Assembly: GCA_017499595.2 (NCBI GenBank)
Contig: CM039007.1
Span: 1,674,001 to 1,738,000, forward strand
DNA: 64,000 nt
Reading direction: 5' to 3'
Origin: Psilocybe cubensis
Lineage: Eukaryota
This document shows, piece by piece, positions 14,901 through 28,694 of this stretch; position 1 is the stretch's first letter, and the number at the start of each line of letters is the position of its first letter. The translations under genes and the position numbers were made by a program. The notes beneath the pieces were generated by a model. It worked only from the letters and a program-made list of their open reading frames with translations, had not been told where the DNA came from and did not search any database.

Positions 14901-16424
14901 GGAGGGCAATATTCGTATTTTCCGAAAGAGGCACTACAGTCATAGTTAGAATTGCCAAAGGACGCAGGCACGTAGCATATCTTACAGTCACCAAAGCCTC
15001 GCATGCCAATCGTATACACAGATTCGAATGGCCTAGCGCGTTGAGCTCCAGCCATCCAAAACGCGTTGATGTTGTCAGCATTTATGGTGTAGTCCCAAGG
15101 TCCTTTACCGAAGACATTGAACTCATTAGGAGTGGAACGCATCATTGGTTCTTGATGACTTTTGAAAATGCAATGTATAGGAGCACGCAAGACCATGACA
15201 ACTCAATGAGCGTACCTTGTTCCCATCACAACACCATAATAATCCGCCAATGGCTGATTCTGCGGATCATCAATACCAAAGGCGCTTCCCCACATAGCTA
15301 TTAGTAGAATTAGAAGCTATCCCGCAACGGGTAATACAATAAAGATGCATACCGGGCCACAAGTAATTTCCTTTCAACCTCAGAATGAGTTCATATCTAT
15401 GACCGTCATCGGTTTAACATATTTTGACGAAGATAAAAGCAGTTCGCGACTCACAACTTCGTATAAAATACATGGTTAAAAGGGCTGCCAGTGAACGGCG
15501 CTCCGGTCCCATTGGTAAACTTTTCTGCTGCCCAGTTTTGTAAAGCTGGTTGTTCGTCATTGAGAAATATACCACGGTACTTGACAGAAGGTGTGCCATG
15601 TGAACATCCTGAGTTCGCAACAAAAATGCTTGCTTGTGTAGTGGTTGGAACATCGGCCCACCTGTGAAAGAAGGAGCAGGTTATTTCGATTCTATTCTAC
15701 ACGGTCCGCTAAGGAGCGCCAATGAACAGAAAAAATAGCACGTACCAATACCACGGGGATACACCTACATAAGAAAAAGTATATTAGTAAGGATTCCACA
15801 CCCGAACGACAACAGTGGGAATGGAGGTCAAATAGGTCATGGGCCGGCATTCTGTTGTAAAAAATAGGCGATGAGCTCACCAAATTGTTCAGAATGGTCA
15901 TATAGCGCGAAGATCGTGCCGCGCTTGTCAGCACCAATAATTACGTAGGCACTAGCTACTCCAGGAAGTGGGTTGCTGACGACACGGGTCATGAATGACT
16001 CCCATTTTCCATCAATTGAAGATACATCCAATTTGGCGGACTTCACGATCTGGTCGATGAGGGAGGATTTCCCAAGGGTTCCTATAATGATTGGGGAGGC
16101 GCCAGCAGGTGGTTTGGGAGCAGGTGCATCGCCTGGCAACGAGGAGTTCACGGCATTGTTTGGTGTAGATGGAATGGTGAAGTTAGTTAGAGACGGTTTG
16201 ACAGAGGTGACACGTTCTATATCAGCCTGGAAATTTGCAGCAGCGATCTGAACACCAGGCCAGTCGTCCGAAGAAATGAGGATGGGCGAGGCCTTTTTGT
16301 TGTCTACTATCGCAAAGGTGTTGCTGGAAGATTGGAATGTGACGCATGTATCTTGGCCGATAGCATATACCCCGCACAGAAGAGCAAGAGTGCCCAAAAG
16401 GTAGGTAAACCGGGCTCGCGCCAT
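11983..16424 (-). CDS. Secreted glycoside hydrolase family 115 (alpha-glucuronidase); many exons
   Basis: Signal peptide. Motifs IIIGTLGKS, GADKRGTIFALY, YTIGMRGFGD, LLWSDD, GVYYH|VDY|VGDPRDYKW, WILNVGDLKP, RRKPELL, SIEAAH and C-terminal SYLGPPES are typical of GH115. Confidence 0.93.
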
Positions 16425-17823
16425 CGCAGTTTCGACAGAAGAAACCTGAAACTGTAAGCGAGTGAGGGAAATGCGATATGGACTTCAACGACTAGATATC
16501 TGACGCACTGATTATATGGTATTTACTAAATGTCAAACGGAGCATCTATCCCAAAAAAAAAATCATGACACGATGCACGGGACACCTAAGCCAGCGAAGG
16601 ATTCGATGTAAGTGAACTCTACGCCCCGTGACAGCCAGAGAGGCCCGGTATGGACTATCTTCGGGACGAAGCTTAGCGAAACCGGTGCTATGGACGCAAT
16701 GCGGGGAGAAGCCATAGGGAGGCCATGTCTTTTTCTAAGGCGAAGATAACTTGAACATACCTCCATCCACGCGCCGACATACTCCAGCGTCGCTAAGAAG
16801 GATGGAGAAGGATATTTTGAGTACCCCAGGACTATTTTCAGATATTCGGAGTGGCTTGCGTCGATTCGCTATTAAATATTTCCCCTATAAACGCCGAAGG
16901 GTGAGAGTATGAAGATAATTGAGGAAGAACCATCAATCAGAAAATCATGAGCGAAGAAGGGTGGATGTTGGTGCTTCAAACTACGACTTGAAATGGGGAA
17001 CAAGTATTCAAACAAGCGTAGAAAAAGCACATGACTATCGAAACTTGTTGATTGGTGTCGCACGGGCCGCTGACGGCTGAGAGCATTGAGGTTTCAACCA
17101 AGTCCCAACTAGCCCAAGTTTCCGCCTGCCGGTGAGTATAGAATGAATACAAGAGATGTGTTCAGGCTTTTCAGTGAACCTATATGACGAATAATCAGTG
17201 GAAGCAAGAATCACAAAGCAAATGATAATTCAGTTTAGATTGGAAAAGGGTACACTTGGTTGCACATACCTAAGATTGTGAACTTGAACCACTCAACCTG
17301 GTATGCTTTCTAATGTCAAGTCAGATACTGGAGGCCCGGATATGGTGTTGATTCGGAGCTGAGAGCTTGAACGAAGAAAATCGTGTTCGAGACCGTAACA
17401 GCGACAACAGACAGACCGAAATAAGCAGCAAGATTATGTTGAAAGGATAGGACACAGTGTATGACACAGTGTATTAGCCGGTCAATGATCTGTCCATGGA
17501 GCTTAACGCTTATCGCATAAAGCTTCAAGCTTCAAGCTTCACCGTTGGCACCGCTCAGCGGCGTTGTAGTGATAGGCTGCATAAACATTTGTGACTATGC
17601 CCCAAATGTCACCTAGTCATATTATTTGGCTATCCAACGCTGACCAAATAAACCTTAGTTTGGACCGAGATAAGATAAGATAGCGGTTGTTGCAAACTAC
17701 AAAAATGTGCTAGGAACGCCATTACAACTCAAATAACAGGAAAGAAAGCAATCCAAATCTTCGATGAAAACATAATCAGCCCAATGGAAGTAAAATCAAA
17801 ATATACCGCACGCCAAATAGTGC

Positions 17824-18880
17824 TCAACGTCGACCAGATGCAAAATTGACCTCAACTTTAGTGTTTGGAAGGACATCTGGTGGTTCAGGTGCTCCTTCTC
17901 CTTCGCTATATTCCCAGTCTTCGCGCACTGAATCTGTTGTCCATTCAGAGTCGGTTTCGACAGTTTCCAGTTTACACCATCGACGATGTTTGGGCCAGTG
18001 CTTGTAATCTCGTCATTAAAAGATGATGTTTGTGTTTGAACCGAAGTACCTCTTTTTGACATTTTTTACCACAATACACGGGTTTGTTATCCAAGATACA
18101 ATCTCCTGCACATTTCTTTAGCATACTCCGTCGCTTGGGTTGCCTATGACAGTTTTCGCAATGCCCCGATCTTGGTCTCTGCAGCCCCGTCTCTTCGCGG
18201 AAGCGGTCATATGCATTCCAAATATTGGTGAATTTGGAAAAGTCCCCTCGATCAAGTGGTGCTTTCCCCAAGCGGTCGTACGACAGAACCAAGTGAAGAC
18301 AGCAATAGCTGAAGAGCCCGTACTCGCAGCTGAGATCGGCCCATTGAAATGCTTCCAAAGTGTCAAATTGTTGGGTATCGTCGAGTATCCTCCGCTTCAT
18401 GCAATGGCAAATGAGACTGGCTGCAATCGCCTTCTTTTCTTTGGGATACTCCCCATCTACCACCCGTTTGAACAATGCAACCCCCGTAGCTTCGTCGAAC
18501 TTCAAATGAGTACCGGTGGCCACCCTAGGATAACGTCGTTCCTTAATATTACAATATTCAACAAAAACTCGGTAGCTAGTAAATACATACCGAAGACCCA
18601 ACTCAAGAAGATCATCAACGTTCTCTTGCGACGCCCCAGCAGATAACTCCGTATTCTGACGCGTTACAAGACGTTCGCGACATTCTTTGATACCTTTTCT
18701 ATGAAAATATGAGGATGATCCTTGACCATACGGACCAGGCGACGTCGCGGGCTTGAAGCAAGCGTGATACATTTGAACATATTGCTCAAACGCGAATTCT
18801 GGATCATCGGTGCAGTTATCCTTCCAGAAATCTGTCAAGGAGGGGAACTTTTGGTCATTCGTGTTTTCTTGGCGAGCCAT
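17824..18880 (-). CDS. Protein with C-terminal MYND-type zinc finger
   Basis: Spliced C-terminus CENCHRQPKRRSMLKKCAGDCILDNKPVYCGKKCQKE|HWPKHRRWCK. Likely ATG at 18880 (MARQEN). Confidence 0.8.
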
Positions 18881-19281
18881 TTTAGCCTTGTGTGGATTAT
18901 CAAAGATACATGACCTATCTCGAAAGAATAGAGTGTTTGCGATCTGTGTAAGCAGACCGGTGCATGAGAAAGGCGAATGAACGGTAACCATGGTCCGTCA
19001 CCGCCAATTTGGCATCTATGCATTTGTTTGACACACCTCGCATCAATAAACACCGGAATATCCCGAACGATCCGAACTGGGAGCCTTCAACCTTTGTCAA
19101 ATTTACCACTTGGGCAGAGTAATACAAGGATGTATTTGTGGTACATTGATAGAGATATATAAAGAAAGTGTGAGATAATTGGCGAGAAATCTGAAAGGAT
19201 GCTCCCTCACGGACAGTCATTGTAAGGAGCGAAGTAGACGCAAAGTGATACTTGAAGCATCTGTGAAAAAACCTACTAGGT

Positions 19282-22200
19282 TTACTTGGCCGTCGTTGGC
19301 TCCGCGCAGTCAGGTTTGAATCTCAAACGACCGACTACTACAGCTTTTGGAGGATCATTGACGAGAGAAACTTTACAAGCATCTTTCCTTCCATCCACAG
19401 CTTCATCAGGGGCATTTTGGGCACCGTCTGGCGCAATTGTCGTATCGGTGGTAAATTTGCCCCAAGGATGCCCTTTTTTCGGTGTAGAGAAAACGTAAAA
19501 ATGACCCTGCGAGCATTAAATAAAAAATTGTACGAGGGAAATTAAAGGTCTCTCTACCTGTCCGTCGGGATGTCCGTGATTGACAAAGAGAGCGTAGTTT
19601 GGTGCTTCGAGCAAGCTAATAACTATAATGGTGAGCGTAAGCGTAAGGTTTCTATACCAAAATGATACGATAGAAACGTACCAAGAAGTAGATCTTCCTT
19701 TTGAATGTTATGTTCCTTGCCATAGTAATTCAGAATCAAGTCAACGTTTGCTCGAAACCATGCCCTGGGTGCATCTAGCTTCTTCATATAGTGATATTCA
19801 GCCTCTTCAGTGTATATATGCGCGGATTTATGACCAGAACGGAGGCGAAATGTGTGATGACGACTTGTATAATATCAGTACGGAAGATATTAAGGCTAAA
19901 AATCGAGACAATACCAACACAAGAGGCATGTCGTGCTTTGTTCTGAACGCCAACAATCCAGTAAAGGCTTCAAGCCCCTTTTGCGCAGCATTTTTTTTGT
20001 CAAGGTGGATGTGGCCTTTCGAAACACTCCCATAGCCGGCCATGGAAGGGAAACCGCCGGTAAGCCCGCCAGGGGTCTTGGTACGCTGAAGTGCATTGAA
20101 CAGGGTAAAAAATGATCCAGAGGGCTTCAACAGGTACCCAACGTCTCCTATGTGAACGGTTGAAGGAGTCCATAGAGGCAGCGTCACTAATAAACATTCA
20201 GAAATAAAGATATTGAACTAGAAATTTCCTTCTTACAAGATGGGTTATAGTCATGTTCCAAAAGGTAGCGATAACGCATTTCGTCCCTCGCCTCAAAGAA
20301 CCCCGCATTGGCAGAGAGGGGAACATTGTCATCCAGAACTGAGCAATTTGGGCCATTGTCTTTGGGTGGCTGAGTTTGTGAAAGACGCTTTGAGGCCACA
20401 GATGATGCTCGACGAAGTGTCTCGGGTTGAACATTTCGTTGCCCACTTGTAATTTTGACATCTTCCATACGAAGTGCATCCACCTCCTGTGCAGATGGTA
20501 TTGCAACATAATCATCTGAGTCATCGAAACATTCTCGATGGTTTCCATGACTTAAGTGCGGAGTGGACGTTGGGGCTATACAGGAATCATAAAAATAAGT
20601 AAACATGAAAATTATGAAAGAAATAACGATCGTACATTTGATGGATGGAGAGGCACAGGTGGCAGATAAACTTGGAGATAGTGGCGGCATTTCGTCGTCG
20701 ATAATCACCGAAGGATCCGAACCATCACCCACAATAATCCTGAGGCGCTGAAGTCTTGACACAGTGTCTGTAAATGGAGATCGTTTTGCTGGATCCCGCT
20801 CCCAACAAGCGCTTATCATTTCATGGAACAAAGGTGACGTAAAATTCTCTGGAATAAGTGGCCGCTTGTCTTTCTCTGAAAAGTCATTTAGACAATGAGA
20901 TTCATAAATGAGCGATTTCATAACTGAGATACTCACCCAGAACATTATATCGAACTTCGTCGTCATCATCGTGTGCCCATGGTAGGTCTCCCATAGTGAG
21001 CACTTCGATGCAGACAATACCGTATGCATAAATGTCAGTCGCCGTGGTCAACATTGACGACCCTTCCAACAACTCTGGAGCTTTCCACCTCAATGTCCCG
21101 GCTTGCAAACATACTCAATAACCTTGATAAATCGTAAAGCCGTAACAATACCTTGCATGGATGATCCCGTTATCCTGCACACCTCCGACTTCATTTCGCT
21201 CTGGCCAAAGTCAGAAATAACGCATCTGCAGTGATCATCCACTAAAACATTTGACGCCTTACAAAACAGTAAGTTAGAAGGTATAGGTAAAAAGTTGCTT
21301 TGACATACCTTCAGGTCTCCGTGAAGTACATTCATCTGATGTAAATATTCCATTCCTTTGGCAATCTCTTGCAGGATGCGATATACGTCTGTCAGCTTCA
21401 ATATCTTTATGAAAGATCGTCCATAACTTCCCCGACTCTTCGATGAGGGAAGATTCTCTGCGATGGAACCCAGTTCATGTAGTTCTGTTTCGTCCCGTTG
21501 CGAAATCTTCCTCAAAAACTCGACAAGATTGCCATTTTTCATATAGGGACTAACAAAGAACCAGGGGTGACTTCCAGTCGCACTACTTGCACCGTAGAGC
21601 TTGAGAACGTTAGGGTGGACGAGAGATTTCCAGACCTTTATTTCCCTGACGAATAAATCGGAAGGAGTGACTTCAGAAAGAACCTTGATAGCAACCACTC
21701 GACCTTTCCACGTTCCTTGAAAAACTTCAGAGAAAAATCCCATTCCTATCTTACGACCTCTCTCCACCTCATACCTGGGATAGAATTTTAGCGTTTATCA
21801 GTGACGTACAAGGGAAACTCCGAACTTTGTGATTGTCCAGAAAGGGAGGTTTGTTGAGAACCTATTCCCAACGCTCATTCGCCTCAACGCGTCAATGCCA
21901 CTTTCTATAAACTCTTCATGAAGAGTGTCCTTCGTCCCTTCCTCTCCAATTTCTGATTTCTTTTCGAGAGTTCTCTGCAATGTTTTAATAGCCTCTGGCA
22001 TCTCTTGGGCTTCAATGCCGAGGAATGAAAGTAGCTTCGCATCGCTTCCAGATTCCAATGCCGCCTTAATTGACCTTCTTAAATCTTCCATATCTGCTTT
22101 GGCATCTTGGGCATTTTGCGCAGTTTGGATCTTTTGAAGAATGGGCATGATATGAGGCCTTGAAAGTAAATCGTCGGTGGAACGTGACACTATTGTAGGT

Positions 22201-23524
22201 GATGCTGATAATTCAAATGATCGATGCGAAGAAGACGACGGGAGTCCATCTAGATCGGGTGCTGAGCATCGTTTGGCTTTCTCAGTTGTGAGCAATGCCT
22301 CAGAATGAGTCGTGAATCCATGATCCATCAGGGAAAGTATCTGAGCTTGGTTGTTAGAACTCATCTGCATGTTAGCGCAGACTGCCTGATAAGTTCGAAT
22401 TTGGATAGTGGTCTTGCAAAATAGGTTAGCGGGAGAGTTCATGGAGAAATTTGTGGAATTATACCGTGAATAATGTCAGAGACCGTAGCAAAGATTCGTT
22501 GCAATCAGCTATCGCTTTTGCTGTGTCATCCCGTTTTAGATATCGAGCCAGAAAAGGGAGTTCAACTTGCGATTTAACCAGAGAAAGAAAAGAATCAAAA
22601 GATCTTTTTAACAGACTTGTAGTGAGAAGATTATTAAGTGAATCCCAAAGACAGAACCTACCGTTCGAGTACAAGAATAGGTCCTGCCAATTGTCTAGCG
22701 ACGTACTCGTCAGAATTTTCCACTTCATTGCAAATCGAGTCCAAGATGGTTGTACATGTCTGTGTAAGGCGAAGAAATGCCAGACGGTTCATCTTTGCGA
22801 GCACGAATCAGTGTCGGGATTGGCAGAATTGTAGGAACACACTTACAGAAACTTGTTGGACCGTCTTCCAAATACCCATAAAGGTCTTGGAAAGTCCTTG
22901 TAGGGCAGGAACAGGCGCATATTCCATCAGTTCGATTGATGTAACCAGCACCTCTAATGCAATATCGCCTGCATATCCGACCATGCGCTTCAGAGTGGCA
23001 TTCACAGCCTGTGATATTTGTCAGACACGGGCTACAACGTGATGAGAACACAGTACCTCGCGAGTTTGGATATAGGCCTGTTTTTGCTCCTCTGGTATAT
23101 CTTCATCATCGCTATCCTCCCAGGGTCGTATGAAATCGCAAGCCTTTCCGAACCAACTCGTAGGTGAATCCGCCTTGTGCAATTCCGAGGCGGAACTTAG
23201 TCTGTCGATATCGCTCGGAGCTTTCGACCTCGACCTTGGCCTCACAGACAGCAAAAGACTAGCAAACGAGCTACTTTGGGTCATCCTGACGGGCGAGAGC
23301 CGGCTCCGCATTGTAGGTGAAGAAGAAAGGTGGGTGTAGTGTCCAGAGTCAGTGTTTGAGCGTGCTCTGGTCTGCATTTCGGTACCCGCCGAAAATGCAA
23401 CAGAGCGAGAAAGGGAAGGGGATGCCGGATTACTTGACGAAGACAACTTCACAGTCGCAGTGGAAGGCGATTGTTCCATGAACGGACAGTCTGCAGTGGT
23501 CGAGAACGACTGAGGCAGAGCCAT
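19282..23524 (-). CDS. Tyrosine-kinase-like (TKL) protein kinase with an MLKL-NTD-like helical N-terminal domain and an additional ~230-aa C-terminal domain
   Basis: Kinase motifs IGMGFFSEV, VAIK, HPNVLKLYGA, HGDLK|ASNVLV, ISDFG, GTLRWKAPE and TDIYAYG. Upstream exons encode APVPALQGLSKTFMGIWKTVQQV..NRLAFLRLTQTC...FLARYLKRDDTAKAIADC. Downstream exons splice in frame to ...LRFKPDCAEPTTAK* (stop at 19282). Confidence 0.85.
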
Positions 23525-24588
23525 GATAGACAGAGGTTCGTAACAAAATGAGCTCTAGATCTTCTGATAAATCGCTGAGGGGATATCGCAAAGAAGATCG
23601 ATAGTCCAAAGTCAAAATCAACGACGGCGGGATAGAAATCGCAAGCTTAGAGACGTGTTTTAACTGTTATACGTGGGAATATACCGATCGACTACCCTGC
23701 AATGGTAAGTGCCACTGACTGGGAAATAGTCCTGGAATCGACAAGTCTTTGCGACGTTCGTTGAAATATGTCGATATATTAAGCGTATATGGAGCCTCTT
23801 GCTGCAGTATGTGAATCATGACGAGAGCCTGGTTGTCCTCTCAGAAACTAGTGGTTCTCGGGATGGAATCTGCAGTGGAGGTTGAGACCATGGGTGAAGC
23901 AAAATGTCAAGAAGATATTTTATACTATTTTTTAGAGTTGTAGGTATTCGATGAAGCTTTATACCGCCGAGAACTTGTGCACGACGATTTTAAGATGATC
24001 AGGACAGTTGAGAATCTGCAGGTAATCTGTCACGACTCTGAACTAGAAATTAACCTCATATTTTGATATATTTGTGTTTGCTTTTCAGAACACTGCCATC
24101 ATAATAACTTAAATAAGTATAAGCACTGCCGGGCAGACGGTTCAGGCTTGATTTGACCATTAACGACCCAGCAGTTAATCGTCAGGATATTCTTGCTACT
24201 CGTACTTCTTTGTGCAGAGCCATCGAGGCTGCGCTGGCCTTCTCGGAGAGACGTCATTATTGACATTCAATCTATCTTCCACCTCTTCTGTGTGCACCTG
24301 CTGTGATTTTGCGAAGGCTCTCGTGAGTCGTCACCTACTTCAAGGTAACCGAGTTACGATAAAATCACCTACAAAAATGCAATTTATAGCTTAAACTCGC
24401 GAAACTATATTCACTCAAGTGGCACTCACAAATAGCGCTCAAGTCATGGGCAGTTCGGTCGTCATCAATTTAAAACGGATACGAGATGCCATCCGCATAA
24501 GCACAGCCATGCAGTTTCATGAACTTATCGGCATACATATCCTGTAATTGACCTAAATGCTTCCCTCCATCTTCTTGTTCTTTTCCAC

Positions 24589-26236
24589 ATGCCATTGGCT
24601 CGCATGGTTAACAGCGCGCCGCTTTCCATTATCGTCGACGATCAACGGACGGACTACATCGTTTTAAGTGGACCTCAGCAGTGGACAAGCACCACGGAGC
24701 CTGAATGGTTTAATGGAACATCTCAATCACCAACTTACGCACTTCAGAATAAGGGAGGGTTTGGAACATTGGAGATGAAATTCCATGGTGCCTTTCCATT
24801 CATGTACCCTCCAAATTTCACGTCATCTAAGTGTGCGTTGTACAGGGACGTCCGTCGCATTCTTCGGAGTTACTCCTCCAGTATTCCCTGACTCTCAAAT
24901 TCTTAGTGTGTCTATTGACGGAAGTGTTCCATACAACACAAGCTACGCCGATCCAAATCCACAGACTTACCGCCAGTGGTATCAGTCCCCATTGCTAGCA
25001 GATGGCCCACATGTCGTTGCACTTTCTCACATTGCAGGTACAAGCCTCGACTACGCAGTTGTCACAGTTGGTCCCAGTACACCCTTAACTAATGAACACA
25101 TTATCGTCGACAATGATGATCCTGGAGTTACTTTCAATGGCACATGGAGTCGAAGCCATTCCATGTTTAATTCGGGCCCACAGCCTGACGGATTTCCGTA
25201 TCATAACACCACTCATCAATCCTCAACTGTGGGTAGTAGTTTTACTTATCGTTTCAGTGGTCAGGATACCCGTTCTTTGCCGGTTTATCTGCGCTCATCT
25301 AAGGTTTTAGGGCATTCTGCGGCAGTATATGGCATATTTAACTGGGCATATGTAGGAATACTATCTTTGACCTTCAGTCTTGATGGGGAATCGTTGGCAC
25401 AAAGCTACCGCGTTAGCCCAGACACCCCCCAGTCCAAGAATGAAATAGGACAACAGCAAAACTTTCTCTTTTATTCCTATGATTTTCTTTCGCCTGGAGA
25501 CCACACGCTCACTGTCAACGTCACTGAAGCCATAAATCAAACATTCGCTTTTGATTACATTACCTTCAAACCGTCCTTTTCTTCGCTTAGCAATATGCCG
25601 GATCTTTCACAAACATCAGTCTCTGGGATGCTCAAGGGAGATAAATCATCTACAAGACATTCTTTCGCGATTGTCGCTGTGGTTGCGAGCACTGTGTTAT
25701 TGCTTCTCCTTTCCGGTCTTCTATTTGCATATATGAAGCATCGAAAGAACTTGAAGGGAAGATACGTCCCAGGTTAGCATCCGAACTACAATCCCGCCTT
25801 CTTTCACGGTCTTTTTGACATGAATTTTTAAGTCTATCCCTTCGCTCTTGTTCAGGAGCACCGCCCCGAGGTCACCGTAATACGCGGTTTACTGAGCCAA
25901 CCTGATCTCGGAACCGCCTCCTCAATCGGCCGTGAATCCAGTTGGAACGAGGGCTCCTCTCAGGATAATCTTATTGACCCACATAATAATAGGCAAGGTC
26001 AGCTTGATAGCGCAGCTAGTTCGCATGTGCACTCCCTCGAAAACCTTTCGACACCTAGTGCCACCACATCAACTGCTCTTGTAGCAGATCGCTCTCACAT
26101 CGCACACAGGTCGGTCATCAGCACTGGAGGTAGTGAACGGGATTCTATGTATACCCAAAGTTCTCCACCGTCTTACGACGAGACAACTCGCGAGCAGCCT
26201 CCGCCCACGCCATTTAGACGCACTGCTCAGCAATAG
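24589..26236 (+). CDS. Single-pass membrane protein with two extracellular beta-sandwich (galactose-binding-like) repeats
   Basis: Repeated IIVDD/IIVDN..G.W and F.G.S...FG...DY units, a TM helix FAIVAVVASTVLLLLLSGLLFAY followed by basic KHRK, and a cytoplasmic tail with PPSY. Confidence 0.75.
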
Positions 26237-27430
26237 CAATTTCTTGTTAGAACTTTATTCTGGTGTATGAAATGTGGACCTTGGACTCTGGATAACGGAC
26301 GTTTCGGACTAACCAATGACATTTATGAGCGATTGATCTACTAAATAATATACAGTTGTGCAAGTTTCGATTGCACTGCTCTGGACTACTTCTTATCAAT
26401 TTTTTAATGTTCACGAACTATGCTTTATGTATTTTTTTAAAAGTTGTTTGATTCAAGTTCAACAAGAATGTCTTTAGCAGGTTCAAAGTGAGAAGTTTCC
26501 ATCTGCAAATAGAGTTCCTTGGATAAATCCTCGCCTGAAGAATGGTTGTGCAAGTGCTTGTAAAATGGTGTGGGAACACTGCACGGCATGACTCCTTTGA
26601 TGCGATGTGTGTGTTTCGCGGTACTCAATCTCAGTTGGAGAACAGAACTAACACAGGGCATGTTAAATTGGATAAAATTTAGCATGCCTGTCCGCTCACG
26701 GTTACCGTGTAGAAACAAAATTTCATCTGAAGACTGCCCCTATCCAAACCGCCAGATATAAGTTTCACATTCATGTTGTCAAAAATCCGGCGCGTGATCA
26801 TCATCACCGACGGCTCTTGGTCTTTTGGCATGCATAAGCCCAACATAGTAAGCCTGCAAGAAATTCTGCACATAGCATCTAAGTAATTTAATAGGACAGA
26901 AGCAAAGGCCGAAGTTTGCAGCTAGCCTGCGTGTTGCCATAGTATTGTATTGATAATCAAGTCCAAGTAGCCCATATATCTTCTAAACACAGATGCTTAA
27001 TATTATAAATATCCCAAACTTAGATGCTATAGCCAAAAAATCACTCTAACTCAGACTAACTCGTCTATTCAAATGCCGGAAGACCGATAAGTAGCTCGGT
27101 TGTATTACGGATCAGCACATAATTAGGTGATCACACACCCGAGTTGAATATGAAATTAGAACTTGTAGGTTCCTCGCTTTCCGCTGCCAGTGGTTTTCAT
27201 GACTGCATCATAGGTACATAGGTCTTGGAATCATGATGGCAGCTACTTGTCATCTGTTGTTGCTTCCCTGGAAGATACGTCAAATGACAGGCCTGTGATC
27301 GCACACTGCTTCTATCCGTGGGCATGGGAGTATTTCAAGGTTATCCTTACACACGTACTCGAAGTCGCATTGTTCCACCTCCTCCTCACCAACTTCCACC
27401 ATTCACAGTGCAGACCAGACGACGACAGCC

Positions 27431-28694
27431 ATGACAGGAACGACTCTACCTAGAAACAAACTCTCTATCCTCGATCAGCTAAAGATTGCCGCGGTTTTGG
27501 TCCCAACACGTACGCTGCCAGATTCTCATGCATGTATTATAACAGTATGCTAACCATCTAACCCAACAGCGGTGGTTATGTCGGCCGCATTGATCAAATC
27601 ATTCTTTACGGAGGATGGAAGGGCTAAAAGCTGGAAGAGAGTCATAGCGGACAGTACCACGGCATGGATTGTTTCGAACATCAACAGAAGACAAGTTCGT
27701 GGAGTCTTCGGTGAAACTGGAACAGTATACAGGGATTTTGTAAAGGCAAAGGGATTGACTCCGGTAATTGAAGAGCTTGGTCACGACTCAAGGTTGCTCT
27801 GGCTCGGACCTAGAAAATCGGAACGTGTTATACTCTACTTGCATGGTACGATAACTTATTTTCTAAATTTTGAGTTCATGGCGTTCAGTACTAGCTGGTG
27901 TATACAGGTGGGGCGTTCTTATTTGGGGCTCTCCCATCAACCCCATACTTTTGGACCCACACTCAAGATGTTATCGCAAAGAACGGGAAGGAAGTTGACG
28001 TCGCAATGTTAAATTATAGTGAGTCTTAATACTAGGCTCGAAACTTCACTGACATCGATCAAATTAAGCTCTTGTCCCTGATGCAATGTTCCCTACTCAG
28101 TTGAAGCAAGCTGTGCTCGCCATTCAGCACCTCATATCGACGGGAATAAAGCCAGAGAATATCCAACTCGCCGGAGATTCAGCAGGAGGAGCCCTCATTC
28201 ATGAAGTTCTATCACATCTGCTTCATCCAGTGCCAGACGTCCCCAAACTAGTTTTATCTGCGCCACTGGGCGGGGCATACCTTATGTCTCCATGGACTTC
28301 CCTGAAGGACAGTCCAATGCTTCGAAGTAATCAAGGCAGAGGGGACATTCTTACCCTATCGACCGTCGTCTACTGGGGGTCTAAAGTCTTGGACGGAGTT
28401 CCGGAATCTGGAATACCATACCTTGACGGGATTAGTGCTCCTGAAGACTGGTTCAAGGGTATCGACAAGGTGGTCAAGCGTATTCTGATTAGCGCCGGAG
28501 ACGCGGAAGTTTTTCGAGACACTATCATCAAGTATACAAAAACAGTTGAGAAGTATCACAAAGACGTTACATTCTTCCTCGATGAACACGGCGTCCATGA
28601 TGATCCATTCCTACACTTCCTTGTTGGAGAACCAAACAGGGGGAAGTTGACCCCATTCATAATCGACTGGCTGGACAAGGGATTCAATGTGTAG
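27431..28694 (+). CDS. Alpha/beta hydrolase (HSL-like, Say1/Mug180-like esterase), tandem copy 1
   Basis: LYLHG|GA oxyanion motif, GDSAGG nucleophile elbow, SPW, GDAEVFRD and GVHDD; four exons. Confidence 0.9.

Noticed and set aside
17451-17541. Short direct repeats (GACACAGTGTAT x2, TCAAGCT-type x3)
   Set aside because: Simple slippage-type repeats with no further structure.
26437-26873. Minus-strand ORF fragments with one intron-like segment
   Set aside because: No coherent model or recognisable family; at most a decayed remnant.
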